Assembly: GCA_024279135.1 (NCBI GenBank)
Contig: JAJRRU010000014.1
Span: 23,351 to 87,350 of the forward strand
DNA length: 64,000 nt
Reading direction: 5' to 3'
DNA from: Alphaproteobacteria bacterium
Lineage (GTDB): Bacteria > Pseudomonadota > Alphaproteobacteria > Rhodospirillales > Casp-alpha2
In this document: positions 26,329 to 36,734 of the stretch, in pieces
Layout: the number at the start of each line of letters is the position of its first letter
How positions within the stretch are numbered: position 1 is the first letter of the stretch
Notes under the pieces: generated by a model
What the model saw: only the letters and a program-made list of their open reading frames with translations
The model's database searches: none
Told to the model about the DNA's origin: nothing
Made by a program: the position numbers and the translations under genes

Positions 26329-29091
26329 ATGTATGAAGTCTTCACCCTGGGCGGCGGTACTTATCTGGTTGATATTTTCAACTCCGTTGCCGCCCTGACC
26401 GGGGGCAGTGCCTTTGCGAACTTGATCCGCATTACCGCTGTATTCTCGTTACTTTGGTTAATGTTCCAAACAGCCTTTGGTGGCTCGTGGATGACAAACA
26501 TCAAATGGTATATGGCGTTTCTGGCAATTTACATGGTGCTGTTCACACCCAAAGTTACCGTGCATGTGACGGACAGATTAAACCCGGCACTGGCAGGCGG
26601 CACCATCGACAACGTGCCGTATGGTCTGGCGGCGTTTGCCTCCATGACCAGTGAAATCGGTGATGGTTTGACCCGCCTGAGCGAAGTTACGTTCAGCTTG
26701 CCTTCTGATCTTCGCTATCAGGAAACCGGGATGCTGTTCGGGGCGCAATTGCTCAAGGAAGCAACCAAGTGGCAAATCACCGATAGCCGATACTCCGGCA
26801 ACATGTCCCGCTTTACCCGCCAATGTGTTTTCTATGGGATTTTGCTGGGGCAAATTGATCTCAATGACCTCAAACAGTCCCCCGACCTTTGGCAGTATGT
26901 CTCGACCACAGCCGCCTCCCCCTTACGTCATTTTGAATACCGCAGTGCGATTGCTGGTGGCGAACGACGCGATATTGTTTCTTGCCAGGACGGGGTTGGT
27001 TATCTCGCCAGCCTTTGGCCGCAAGAACTCGATCAAGCCAGCACCATATTCGGATTACGCCTGTTCCCCGGTGTCCCGGCTGCAACAGCCAAGGCTGAAT
27101 TGATCTCTCGTCTGCCTATCGCCCACAATTACCTGATTGGCGCGTCACGGGATGCGGGTGAAATCATGCAGCAGCAAATGATGATTAACGCTTTTGACAG
27201 CGCCACCAAAGGTTGGGCCGAAGAACTTGGTAACGCAGCAGCACTCGATGGCTACATGCGGGCGCGTGCCGATCTGCAAACCGAGGCCGTTTATAAAACC
27301 ACCGGGCTACAAGCTGAAAAGTGGGTGCCGATCCTCAAGATCGTGTTTGAATCGCTCTATTACGGAGCCTTCCCGATTGCCTTCATAATGATGCTCACAC
27401 CCATTGGTATGACTGTTGTGCGCGGATACTTCTCCGGCTTCGTCTGGCTGCAAAGCTGGGGGCCGCTTTATGCCATTCTGCACCGGATTATGATGGGCGA
27501 GGTTGCAGTTAAGGCAACCTCAATATCGGGCGGCGAGAGTATCGCAATGGTCACGCAATTGGGCGTGCGAGCAATTATTCAGGATACCTCTGCAATGGCG
27601 GGCTACCTCTCCATGTCAGTGCCATTCCTCGCCTTTGGCCTCATGTTCGGTGCCAGCCGCTTTGCCCATCTGGCAACATCCATGTTGGCCCCTACTCAAC
27701 GGGCAGCGGGAACGGCGGCAGAAGAAGGCACATCGGGCAACATCAATCTCGCCAACACCAGCATGGATAATCACAGTTTCTACACCATGCGCGGGAACTC
27801 CATGCAGACCAACGCCATGATTGACACTGGCATGGTCAGCAACCGTATGGGCGACGGTGCCATGAACCACCGCACGGCAGATGGCGGCGAAAGTGTGTTC
27901 AAAGACCGCGCCCTTTCCGATCCGGGCTTCAACGTCTCATGGGGATCGCGGGTTAGTCAGGGCTTGCAGGAACGATCTTCCGAAGCCCGATCCCATGCCG
28001 TCACCCAGGCCGAACGTGCCTCGGAAAGCATGGGTGCGTCTATGGGACAATCACTGGCGTTCAGCAATTCCTTACAAAACAGCGAAGGCTTCAACAGGTC
28101 GGAAGGTCTGGAACAACGCCAGGTCATCGCCAATTCTGCATCCAACATCGAACAGGCTTCGGAGCGTCTCAGCGAAACTACTGGTTGGAGCCAACAACAA
28201 TCTCTTCGCATGTTGGGCCGCGCCGCCGTCGATCTTGGCACCCCGCTTAAAGGCATTATCGGTTCTGGTGTGAACCTTCAAGGCTCCGGCGAGTGGACCT
28301 CCAGCGGAACTTCAAAAGACGACTGGGCCACGGTTAAGGGTATCGCCAAGGAATACGGAGTGCGCGAGAGTTTTGAAAATTTGGATGCAGCTTCTCAAAA
28401 CCTTTCATTCAGTGAAGGGCAAAGCCAGCTTAGAGATCAACGCGATTCAATGAACGCCAGCCATTCGGAAAGCCAGTCGGCAGAAAAGAGCCTGAACGAA
28501 AGTCTCAGCCAGGCCCGAAGCTACGAGCAAGCCCTGACCTCCTACAAGGAAGACAGCGGCAGCTTTAACGCCAACCTCAATCAAATGGCCCTTGAAATTG
28601 GTGCCGAACGGCATGGTGGCAACATGGCCGAAGCCTATCAAGCATCCAAAGCCGATCCGCGTGTTGCACAAGGTTGGGCCGATGAAGCGGTTGACCGCTA
28701 CCTTGATAAGATGCCCATCGGTGACAAAACGCCGGGCAGTCTCATGGGTGATATTTATGGCTCTCGTGGAGCGGAAGGCAATCTTCGCCATGACATCAAT
28801 CGTGAAGAACTCACGATGGCGAACAGCCAACCCGGCAACCGGATTAATGAGGCCAGAAGCCAAGTCACCGGAGGCAGTAAAAATCTCGGTAGCCAGATGA
28901 CCAATGGGTCTGCAAAGGTTGGGGGTGAGGTTCGATCATCACGGGCGACAACCGGAAAAACAGTCAAGGAACGAAGCGATGACTCTCTAATAGAAGGTGT
29001 GGGGTCAGCACTTTACCATAACCCTGGGGACGCAATTGATGAGGTAAAGAAATGGTTCGGGCCTGGTGATAAGAAACCGGGGCAAGATTAA
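26329..29091 (+). CDS. traG: F-type TraG (N-terminal membrane domain plus long hydrophilic C-terminus)
   Basis: The ORF is open from GTG 26317 and ATG 26329 follows GAGG. It has multiple TM segments followed by a Ser/Gln/Asn-rich C-terminal half. Confidence 0.9.
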   Translation: MYEVFTLGGGTYLVDIFNSVAALTGGSAFANLIRITAVFSLLWLMFQTAFGGSWMTNIKWYMAFLAIYMVLFTPKVTVHVTDRLNPALAGGTIDNVPYGLAAFASMTSEIGDGLTRLSEVTFSLPSDLRYQETGMLFGAQLLKEATKWQITDSRYSGNMSRFTRQCVFYGILLGQIDLNDLKQSPDLWQYVSTTAASPLRHFEYRSAIAGGERRDIVSCQDGVGYLASLWPQELDQASTIFGLRLFPGVPAATAKAELISRLPIAHNYLIGASRDAGEIMQQQMMINAFDSATKGWAEELGNAAALDGYMRARADLQTEAVYKTTGLQAEKWVPILKIVFESLYYGAFPIAFIMMLTPIGMTVVRGYFSGFVWLQSWGPLYAILHRIMMGEVAVKATSISGGESIAMVTQLGVRAIIQDTSAMAGYLSMSVPFLAFGLMFGASRFAHLATSMLAPTQRAAGTAAEEGTSGNINLANTSMDNHSFYTMRGNSMQTNAMIDTGMVSNRMGDGAMNHRTADGGESVFKDRALSDPGFNVSWGSRVSQGLQERSSEARSHAVTQAERASESMGASMGQSLAFSNSLQNSEGFNRSEGLEQRQVIANSASNIEQASERLSETTGWSQQQSLRMLGRAAVDLGTPLKGIIGSGVNLQGSGEWTSSGTSKDDWATVKGIAKEYGVRESFENLDAASQNLSFSEGQSQLRDQRDSMNASHSESQSAEKSLNESLSQARSYEQALTSYKEDSGSFNANLNQMALEIGAERHGGNMAEAYQASKADPRVAQGWADEAVDRYLDKMPIGDKTPGSLMGDIYGSRGAEGNLRHDINREELTMANSQPGNRINEARSQVTGGSKNLGSQMTNGSAKVGGEVRSSRATTGKTVKERSDDSLIEGVGSALYHNPGDAIDEVKKWFGPGDKKPGQD

Positions 29092-29096
29092 TGGCT

Positions 29097-29372
29097 TTAG
29101 CTTCCCTTGCTTTTTTCAATCAAAGCCTGTTCGACAAGATCACCACCTGCTTCAAGGAGCGGATCGGTAATTCTGTTCCCAAGCCAAAAAGCCCCAATAA
29201 ATGTTGCGAGCATTGTCGCAAGGGTTGCTGGTCCCACCAGATTAGGGAGATTGAAAACTCCGACTATCAACTGCGGCAAAATAATCATCTCAGCAACGAG
29301 CAACAGAACAAGCCAAACAATCATTTTTCTCATCTTCTTTCTGGTCTGAACCAGCTTTTTGCCAAACGACAT
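29097..29372 (-). CDS. small two-TM membrane protein, antisense between traG and traD
   Basis: 91 aa with an AGGGA RBS 7 nt upstream. The hydrophobic segments are MIVWLVLLLVAEMIILPQLIVGVF and PATLATMLATFIGAFWL. Confidence 0.5.
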   Translation of the reverse strand: MSFGKKLVQTRKKMRKMIVWLVLLLVAEMIILPQLIVGVFNLPNLVGPATLATMLATFIGAFWLGNRITDPLLEAGGDLVEQALIEKSKGS

Positions 29373-29443
29373 AACAGTTTCCCTTTCTTTAAATCGACTA
29401 TAACACCCTTCTCTCTTTCGCCTCTAACTCTACGGGGTGATTT

Positions 29444-31342
29444 ATGAAAAATAGTCACTTTATTCGAGGTGGGCAGACCGCCCTGCACGAATACAGGATG
29501 TCCATTCAGGTGGTCAAAACCCTGATATGGATTATCTCCGGGATCGCCATGACCTTCATGCTGATAAAACTGGTATTAAATCTGACCATCCACGAAGTTT
29601 ATCAATGGTTCGTCTGGCATTGGGCGCAGTTTCTTTACCTGGCTTCGTTCAGGTATGAACAGGAAATCACCATCTACGATTATGACTGGGTTCCATACGT
29701 CACCTACACCGGGGCGATTGTAGACCACCCCGGAATGATCGCCACCAAAGACAAAGTAGTTAACCTGATATTTTCGGGTAGCGGAATTGGCCTGTTGATT
29801 GGCCTGACCGTTGCCGCCATTGCAGCCGGGTATTTCCTGTGGCGCGGAGCCAGGTTGCAAAGAAGCAAGCACCTGCGTGGCTCCAAACTCTTGCCAGCAC
29901 CGGAACTGGTCCGACAAGTGAAGTCTTATAACAAGAAGCGTAACACCGGAACGCCTTATGCCATCGCCGGGATTCCATTCCCTGCTGGCGCACCTATGAC
30001 CCACGTTATGATTTGCGGAACCACAGGCACGGGCAAAACCACCTTGTTTGCCGATCTGATTGAACAGATCCGCGCCAACGGTGATCGTGCCATTATATAT
30101 GACAAGATGGGCGGGTTTGTCGGGCGCTATTATGATCCATCCAAAGACGTAATCTGCAATCCGTTTGATGCTCGCACCCCGCAATGGAGCGTGTTTTCCG
30201 AAGGCCGCAAAGCTTCTGACTTTGAGATGATGGCCAAGGCTCTGATCCCTGAACAAAAAGGCATGGTCGATCCGTTCTGGATTTTGGCTGCACGTATCTT
30301 GTTTTCCAAGGTAGCTGACGGATTGCGGATCGCGGGCAACCCCACCAATGAAATGCTGGTTTCGCAGCTCCTTAAAATCGACCTGACAGAAATGGCGGCA
30401 TTGCTCAAAAACACCGCAGCACAATCCATCATCGACGAGCAAAGCCCCAAAACTGCCCTATCCGTTCGCGCCGTGATGACCGCCTACCTGTCCTGCCTCG
30501 AACACTTGCCGGACGATCCCACGGCTGAACCCTTCTCTATCCGCAACTGGATTGAGGATGACGAGCGTGACGGCTTTATGTTCCTGACTTCTCGCGGCGA
30601 CATGCACGAAAGCATCAAGGGCTTAACCACATGTTGGCTGGAGATCGCGGTCAACAGCTTGCTCTCGCTTGAGCAAAGCCGGAACCGTAAAATATGGATT
30701 ATCCTCGATGAGGTTCCATCGCTCTACAACATCCCAAGCCTACAACCCGGCATGGCCGAAAGTCGCCAGTTTGGTGGGTGCTTCGTGCTGGGTCTGCAAG
30801 TTTGGTCAGCCATGCGCGACATCTACGGGCAGAACGGTGCAGAAACCCTCTCCGGGCTGGCACGAACCCGCCTGATACTCTCAACACCGGATAAATCCAC
30901 AGCCGACTGGTGCAGCCAGGCCCTCGGCAATGCGGAGAAAACCGAGCTTCAGGAAACCCTCTCATACGGCGCACATGACATGCGAGACGGCGTATCTCTG
31001 GCAGCAAGGAATGAGCTTCGCCCTATCGTCTTACCAACCGAAATCATGAGCCTCCCCGATCTGGATGGCTATATCCGCCTCCCCCAGGGCTTCCCGGTGT
31101 CCCGTTTTAGCATCCAACCCAACAAAACACCCATAATCGCCAAGGCCGTCGTTGAACGACCGCTCGCGGCCCTTGAATTGCCCCGGAGGCCGCCATTATC
31201 ATCCGAGAAACAATCCCAACCAAAGCCCAAACCCAAGCCTGCGCCAAAGAAGAAACCGAAACCTGCTCCAGAGCCAAAGTCCATTAAGGCTCCGCTAGTT
31301 GATGACCAAGAAGATGATTCAAAGAAAGGTCTTATCTTCTGA
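29444..31342 (+). CDS. traD: type IV coupling protein TraD
   Basis: 632 aa with N-terminal TM segments, Walker A GTTGTGKT and Walker B WIILDE. The tail is Pro/Lys-rich. Confidence 0.9.
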   Translation: MKNSHFIRGGQTALHEYRMSIQVVKTLIWIISGIAMTFMLIKLVLNLTIHEVYQWFVWHWAQFLYLASFRYEQEITIYDYDWVPYVTYTGAIVDHPGMIATKDKVVNLIFSGSGIGLLIGLTVAAIAAGYFLWRGARLQRSKHLRGSKLLPAPELVRQVKSYNKKRNTGTPYAIAGIPFPAGAPMTHVMICGTTGTGKTTLFADLIEQIRANGDRAIIYDKMGGFVGRYYDPSKDVICNPFDARTPQWSVFSEGRKASDFEMMAKALIPEQKGMVDPFWILAARILFSKVADGLRIAGNPTNEMLVSQLLKIDLTEMAALLKNTAAQSIIDEQSPKTALSVRAVMTAYLSCLEHLPDDPTAEPFSIRNWIEDDERDGFMFLTSRGDMHESIKGLTTCWLEIAVNSLLSLEQSRNRKIWIILDEVPSLYNIPSLQPGMAESRQFGGCFVLGLQVWSAMRDIYGQNGAETLSGLARTRLILSTPDKSTADWCSQALGNAEKTELQETLSYGAHDMRDGVSLAARNELRPIVLPTEIMSLPDLDGYIRLPQGFPVSRFSIQPNKTPIIAKAVVERPLAALELPRRPPLSSEKQSQPKPKPKPAPKKKPKPAPEPKSIKAPLVDDQEDDSKKGLIF

Positions 31343-34146
31343 TGCTTTCCGTTTATCCGATCTCAACGCCGCAAGGCATGTCCACCTATTATGATTCCGA
31401 TGGCTATTACGCCAAGGGTGACGAACAGGCACAGCTTGCCAGTCAGTGGCATGGCAAAGGCGCGGGAACCGCCGGATACTCTGGCCATATCAAGCCGGAA
31501 GACTTTCAGAACGTTCTGGACGGCAATACGCCAGACGGTCGGCGCCTCGGGCGCACCGTGGACGGGGAATGGAAACACCGCGCCGGGGTCGATCTCACCT
31601 TCTCTGCTCCGAAAAGCGTGTCGGTCATGGCTCTGGTGGCCGGGGATGAACGCCTTATTGAAGCCCATAACGAAGCCGTTAAAGCGACACTCAATCATAT
31701 TGAGGAGAAAATCCTTGAAACCCGCGTCTGGGACAAAGCAGCAAAGGTTCAATTCAAAGAGCGCAACATAGAAATGATCGCCGGGCTGTTCCGCCATGAG
31801 GTCAACCGCAACCAAGACCCGCACCTTCACACCCATGCGGTGATTGCCAACATGACCCTACCCTCGGATGGCAAATGGCGCTCTATCGAGGGTGCCAGCC
31901 TGCTCCATCACAAGATGGAAATGGGGGCCATGTACCGGGCGGAATTGGCAATGAATGTGCGTGAGCTTGGCTATGAGGTTGAGCGCACCCATATGGATGG
32001 TCGTTTCGATCTCAAAGGTGTCCCCAAAGACATAATGACTGCGTTTTCCACACGCAGCACAGAAATCCGCAAAGCTCTGGCCGGGTACGATTATCAAAAC
32101 GCCAAGACCGCCGCCAATGCCACCTTGATGACACGGAACCACAAAGTAACTGTGAATCGGGACGACCTGCACAAGGACTGGACGAAGAAAGGCGAACGGC
32201 TGGGCCTTAAAGCCCGCATTCCCGATCAACCTGTCCTTACGGATAAAGCAGAGGAAAAGCGTCTTGCCGCCGAGGTTGTGGATTATTCCATTCGTCATCT
32301 TTCAGAGCGAGCCAGTGTGTTCAACTTGTCCGATCTTCGCACCACTGCCAATGGCTATGGTGTCGGTCATTTTCGTCCCGCGACCCTCGATCAGGCCATT
32401 GCGTCTGACAAACGCCTAATAGCCTCCAAACATCGCGACCATGTGGGTCGTGAATATGTCACCACAAAAGGTGCTATCGCCATCGAGCGCGAAACCATCG
32501 CCTCCATGAAATTCGCCCAAAACACAGTGCGCCCGTTCATGGAATTTACCGATATCAACAAGGGGCTTGATGGCACCTTCCTTAATGAAGGCCAGCAGAA
32601 CGCTGTGCGTTCTTTGCTCTCAAGCCAGGACCGTATCATCGGCATTCAAGGTTATGCGGGTGTCGGCAAAACCACTCTTCTCACCGCCGCAAGGGAACTC
32701 TCAGAAAAGCAAGGGTTTGAGCTGATCGGCCTCGCCCCCTCGGCCAGCGCCGCCAAGACTTTAAACGATGAGGCCGGGATTGAATCGCGCACATTGCAGA
32801 AGTTTTTAGGTCAATACGATGGCTATGCCCATGGTCGCGGTTCTGAGGCAGGCAAGCAAGCGGTTCAGGATGACTTTAAAAAGAAAATGATCGTGGTCGA
32901 TGAAACCTCACTGGCCAGCACCGCCCAAATACGCGACCTGTTCAAGATTGTTGAAGCCATTAAACCCGCAAGGTTGGTTCTGGTTGGCGATGAGAAACAA
33001 TTGGATGCTGTCGATGCCGGCAAACCCTTTGCTCAACTCCAGACGCACGGTATGCGAACCATCAAGGTCAATGAAATCGTTCGCCAGACAAACCCCGAAC
33101 TCAAAACCGCCGTTCATGCGGCCATTGCTGGCAATATCAAGGAAGCCTTTGGCAAGATCGGTGACAATATCATTGAGGCGGACAAACCTGAAAAGAATGA
33201 AACCGGGAACCTTGAACCCGGCGCAATGGATCAGGCCCTGGCAGAAGCCGCGTTCAAGGCATGGAATGCTATGCCAGAGGGTAAGCGCGACGGCACAGGC
33301 ATAGCTGCCCCCACCCACGTAATTCGCCAAAGCATCAATGCTCAGGTGCGTGAGCAGTTGGAAAAGGAAGGCCGGATCGTCGGCCCTGAAAAGGAAATCG
33401 AGACCCTGAAATCCGCCGGATATACCAATGCGGAAAAAGGCCGCGCAAAGAACTATTTTGCCGATGATAAAGTCATCTTCAACCGCGAACGTAACGGAGT
33501 TGAACAGGGTGAGGTTCTGACTGTTGCCGGACGCAATGAAGAAACCAACACCATCGCGCTCAAACGGGAAAACGGTGATCCTGTATTGCTCAACGTTGAC
33601 AGCAAGCGGGCGGCTCAATCAGTCGATATTCTTCGGTCCTCCCCACTGGGCATTCGCCAGGGCGACCGCATTCGCTTTACCCGCAATGATGAAAGCCTTG
33701 GCCTGATTAACTCTGCTATGGCCGAAGTCACAGACATCGACAAACAAGGCAATGTCACCCTGCACAAAGAGGATGGCAGCAAGCTAACCCTTGAAGGGGA
33801 CGCGCAAGCCCTCAAGTTCATCGAGCATGCCTGGGCTTCTACGGTTCATGCCTTTCAGGGCCGCACCGTCGATAACATTATCGGTGTGATGCACTCTGCA
33901 CACCCGCACCTGACCAACCAGAAAGCCTTCTATGTGGAGGTCTCCCGCGCCCGTGAAACCGCCATTCTCATCACCGATGACCGACAGCGCCTTGGCAAGA
34001 CACTTACCGAAGAAACGGGCGAGCGAATTGCCGCCCTCGAAGCGGCTCCGGAGGAAACACGGATGGAGTCAATCTCGGCTGAATCAACCTCAATAGAAGC
34101 CTCTCAAGACAGCATTAAAGACATGGAACCGGAGATAGATAAATGA
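31342..34146 (+). CDS. traI: MobF-family relaxase/helicase (TrwC/TraI-like)
   Basis: 934 aa. The N-terminal TrwC relaxase domain contains the histidine triad HEVNRNQDPHLHTHAVIAN. A RecD-like helicase follows (GYAGVGKTT, VVDETS). Confidence 0.9.
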   Translation: MLSVYPISTPQGMSTYYDSDGYYAKGDEQAQLASQWHGKGAGTAGYSGHIKPEDFQNVLDGNTPDGRRLGRTVDGEWKHRAGVDLTFSAPKSVSVMALVAGDERLIEAHNEAVKATLNHIEEKILETRVWDKAAKVQFKERNIEMIAGLFRHEVNRNQDPHLHTHAVIANMTLPSDGKWRSIEGASLLHHKMEMGAMYRAELAMNVRELGYEVERTHMDGRFDLKGVPKDIMTAFSTRSTEIRKALAGYDYQNAKTAANATLMTRNHKVTVNRDDLHKDWTKKGERLGLKARIPDQPVLTDKAEEKRLAAEVVDYSIRHLSERASVFNLSDLRTTANGYGVGHFRPATLDQAIASDKRLIASKHRDHVGREYVTTKGAIAIERETIASMKFAQNTVRPFMEFTDINKGLDGTFLNEGQQNAVRSLLSSQDRIIGIQGYAGVGKTTLLTAARELSEKQGFELIGLAPSASAAKTLNDEAGIESRTLQKFLGQYDGYAHGRGSEAGKQAVQDDFKKKMIVVDETSLASTAQIRDLFKIVEAIKPARLVLVGDEKQLDAVDAGKPFAQLQTHGMRTIKVNEIVRQTNPELKTAVHAAIAGNIKEAFGKIGDNIIEADKPEKNETGNLEPGAMDQALAEAAFKAWNAMPEGKRDGTGIAAPTHVIRQSINAQVREQLEKEGRIVGPEKEIETLKSAGYTNAEKGRAKNYFADDKVIFNRERNGVEQGEVLTVAGRNEETNTIALKRENGDPVLLNVDSKRAAQSVDILRSSPLGIRQGDRIRFTRNDESLGLINSAMAEVTDIDKQGNVTLHKEDGSKLTLEGDAQALKFIEHAWASTVHAFQGRTVDNIIGVMHSAHPHLTNQKAFYVEVSRARETAILITDDRQRLGKTLTEETGERIAALEAAPEETRMESISAESTSIEASQDSIKDMEPEIDK

Positions 34147-34454
34147 GCGTGAACACCAAAGTCATCAGTATGCGAACCACCAAGGAAGACGGAACGCTGT
34201 TTGAACAGGCTGCCGCGCAAAAGGGACAAGCTATCAGTGTCTGGATGCGCGAAAACTTGCGCCAAAACGCATTGGAGCAAGTCTACGATACTGGGGAAAA
34301 GAATGACTTCCCCAGAACACCGGGGGAGACCGCCCTCTTCCGTGCCGTATTGGTCATATTGCAAACAGTCGGCGTTGACACGTCTGATGACACCAAACGG
34401 CTTTACGCAGAAAAAGCAGCCCTTCAAATCGACAAAATGAAAGCAGGAGAGTAA
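34143..34454 (+). CDS. ribbon-helix-helix-like small protein (possible relaxosome accessory factor)
   Basis: 103 aa. VISMRTTKEDGTLFEQAAAQKGQAISVWMRENL fits a beta-strand/helix/G-x-S/helix RHH pattern. It has an ATGA overlap with the relaxase gene. Confidence 0.45.
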   Translation: MSVNTKVISMRTTKEDGTLFEQAAAQKGQAISVWMRENLRQNALEQVYDTGEKNDFPRTPGETALFRAVLVILQTVGVDTSDDTKRLYAEKAALQIDKMKAGE

Positions 34455-34486
34455 GGAAATTCAAATTTTTACCCTAAAATCTAGTC

Positions 34487-34569
34487 ACTATTCATTCAAT
34501 AGGTAGGCCCTAACTAGCCAATACCTATTGGCAAACTATTCACAACCTCGCCACCAACTATTCAATAGG
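34487..34569. promoter_or_regulatory. repeat cluster upstream of parA (candidate operator/centromere)
   Basis: ACTATTCA occurs three times (near 34488, 34536 and 34557). TTCAATAGG occurs at 34495-34503 and 34561-34569. The palindrome CCAATACCTATTGG lies at 34518-34531. Confidence 0.4.
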
Positions 34570-34577
34570 AAATCAAT

Positions 34578-35258
34578 ATGCCCGTAATAGCCTTCGCTAA
34601 CTCAAAAGGCGGTGTTGGAAAATCCACCACCGCATTGGCCCTCGCTCAAGTATTTGCAAAGGGTGGTGCAGCCGTCACCCTGATAGATGCCGATCCAAAC
34701 CAACCGTTAGCACGTTGGGCGTCAAAGGACCCAGGTAATGTTCCCCAGAATTTACAAATCCTACCAGACATCACCGAGGAAACCATCATCGACGCCATTG
34801 ATGCGGCAGCGGCCCGTGATCCGTTCATACTGGTCGATCTGGAAGGCTCGGCCAACGTGGCCGTCTCATATTCAATCGGGCGCGCCGATCTGGTCTTGAT
34901 CCCCATGCGCGGAAGCCAGCTCGATGCCGACCAGGCTGCAAGGGTCATCAAGCTGATAGAACGTGAGGCCAAAGCCTACCGCCGCCAAATTCCGTTCGCC
35001 GTGGTGTTCACCTGCACATCCCCAGCGTTGAGATCGCGAGACTTCAAACACATAGAGCAACAACTGATCCAGAACAACATCCCGATCTTGCCTGTTGAAA
35101 TGGTCGAACGGGCCGCTTTCCGCGCTATGATCCAGCTTGGCGGCACGCTCTACGATTTAACACAAAACGAGGTCAACAACCCGCAAGCCGCCATCGACAA
35201 CGCCGAAGCCCTGGCGAAGTCCGTGGTCACATTTATTAAAGAGGGGACCACAGTATGA
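34578..35258 (+). CDS. parA: ParA-family partition ATPase
   Basis: 226 aa with the deviant Walker [15 protein letters not shown]. Confidence 0.9.
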   Translation: MPVIAFANSKGGVGKSTTALALAQVFAKGGAAVTLIDADPNQPLARWASKDPGNVPQNLQILPDITEETIIDAIDAAAARDPFILVDLEGSANVAVSYSIGRADLVLIPMRGSQLDADQAARVIKLIEREAKAYRRQIPFAVVFTCTSPALRSRDFKHIEQQLIQNNIPILPVEMVERAAFRAMIQLGGTLYDLTQNEVNNPQAAIDNAEALAKSVVTFIKEGTTV

Positions 35259-35605
35259 ATAACAGAACAAGAGGCGATCTGGGCATCAATAGCGATGACA
35301 AAGGCCCGGATAAACAAACACCGGATTATACCGATTTCAAACCCCGCTCACAGCCCCCTCAATCATCAACCGAGCCAGCCGGACGCACGGCACAAGAAAC
35401 AGGTTTTACAACCAGGCACGCGCCCTCACCTTCAGCCAGGGTTGATGGTCGCAGCCTGAGGGCCACCAAACGAAAATCCCAACTCAATATTGCCGTTGCA
35501 GAAGAAACAAAAGAACAGTTTTGGACCCTGGCTCAAGCAGCCGGAATGCAAACAGGAGAAGATTTTTTGATACGATTAATGGATGGGTTTGTAGGACGGG
35601 AATGA
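35255..35605 (+). CDS. ParG-like RHH partition/DNA-binding partner
   Basis: 116 aa with an ATGA overlap with parA. A disordered N-terminus precedes [38 protein letters not shown] (RHH pattern). Confidence 0.5.
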   Translation: MNNRTRGDLGINSDDKGPDKQTPDYTDFKPRSQPPQSSTEPAGRTAQETGFTTRHAPSPSARVDGRSLRATKRKSQLNIAVAEETKEQFWTLAQAAGMQTGEDFLIRLMDGFVGRE

Positions 35606-35876
35606 CGAGTTAAAGTTCTCAAAAGTCCGGTTAATGCTGCAAGCAGAAGATTTCGCTTCGCAATTCATATTGATACGGAATAGCCATAAGGAGACATTAG
35701 ATGGTTGCTGTTTCACCCCGCATTTTGGCACCAAGATGCTTTCGGGTGGGAGCTGTCCAGGACATTAAGCTCAAGCATTGCTTGCAGCAACATAATGTGA
35801 TTAGTTTGGGCAGCACAAATCTGCACAGGAAGTCGGAATTTTGGCTCTACCATATCCAACTGTTAGGCACCTACAC

Positions 35877-36410
35877 ATGATCTACTACCGTCAAATGGAG
35901 CTATCCGAGATAGAACGTATTGCCGAAATTGATCGAACGGAGTACGTCACGAAGGCGTATCGACAAAATGGAGCGGAACTTGATCTGATTGATGTTGAGT
36001 GGGACATCGGCCAGTGGTCTGCACAGGAACAACTCAACGAGTGGGACAAATATTTACAAAACAATTGTGTGCTTTGGGGCGCGTTTGAAGGTGATTTTCT
36101 TGTAGGATTTTGTGGTTACAAGCCAAATATTGCACCTGGCATGGGCCTGCTCGCACTCATGTATGTCAGTGCTGCGCACCGCCGCCAAGGCATTGGACGA
36201 AAACTCACCGAAATGCTTGTGGAATATGGAAAAGAAAAACAAATTGCCAGCCTGTATGTTACCGCAGAGCACACAAGAGGAACCGTGGATTTTTATAGCA
36301 GCCTGGGATTTCGTCCAGCGGATCGACCATTACCTGAGTTACTGGAAATGGAGCCTGACGACATCCATATGCTGATGGAATTCCCGGGTCCAGGTAATCT
36401 GGTTGCATGA
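35877..36410 (+). CDS. GNAT-family N-acetyltransferase
   Basis: The acetyl-CoA motif is YVSAAHRRQGIGRKLTEML. The ORF is open from 35841 and I prefer ATG 35877. Confidence 0.75.
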   Translation: MIYYRQMELSEIERIAEIDRTEYVTKAYRQNGAELDLIDVEWDIGQWSAQEQLNEWDKYLQNNCVLWGAFEGDFLVGFCGYKPNIAPGMGLLALMYVSAAHRRQGIGRKLTEMLVEYGKEKQIASLYVTAEHTRGTVDFYSSLGFRPADRPLPELLEMEPDDIHMLMEFPGPGNLVA

Positions 36411-36658
36411 TACGGTGCAAATCTGCATCCAAGGTTAAAAAATGATTTAGACCAATTCGGTCTTTTATCACATGACTGGCTTAGACGAAGTCCACTTGAT
36501 CTGCTCCAAAAGAGCCGCTTCGAGTCAAAACACTAAATTTGATTATCTCAACATTTGTAAACATCTGGTCAATTACTCGTAGTCTTTCATCATACGAATT
36601 TAGGGTAATGGCGTGGATAGAAGGCTTCAAGCTGACTACCTTTGTGGTCTACTCAAAA

Positions 36659-36734
36659 TACCTGTAAACGCCCCCGGAACACCGCAGAAACGCTACGATT
36701 TTCTGCTTTTGATCCACAGAAGCGATAGGTGTGG
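36659..36734. repeat. left copy of an imperfect direct repeat bracketing the defence island (candidate att site)
   Basis: TACCTGTAA lies at 36659-36667 and ACAGAAGCGATAGGTGTGG at 36716-36734. The same two halves are contiguous at 48866-48891. Confidence 0.35.

Noticed and set aside
29576-33618. Long antisense ORFs 29576..30442 (288 aa) and 32908..33618 (236 aa) opposite traD and the relaxase
   Set aside because: The same reasoning applies. The Walker motifs and relaxase histidine triad are in the plus frames, and the antisense products are low-complexity.
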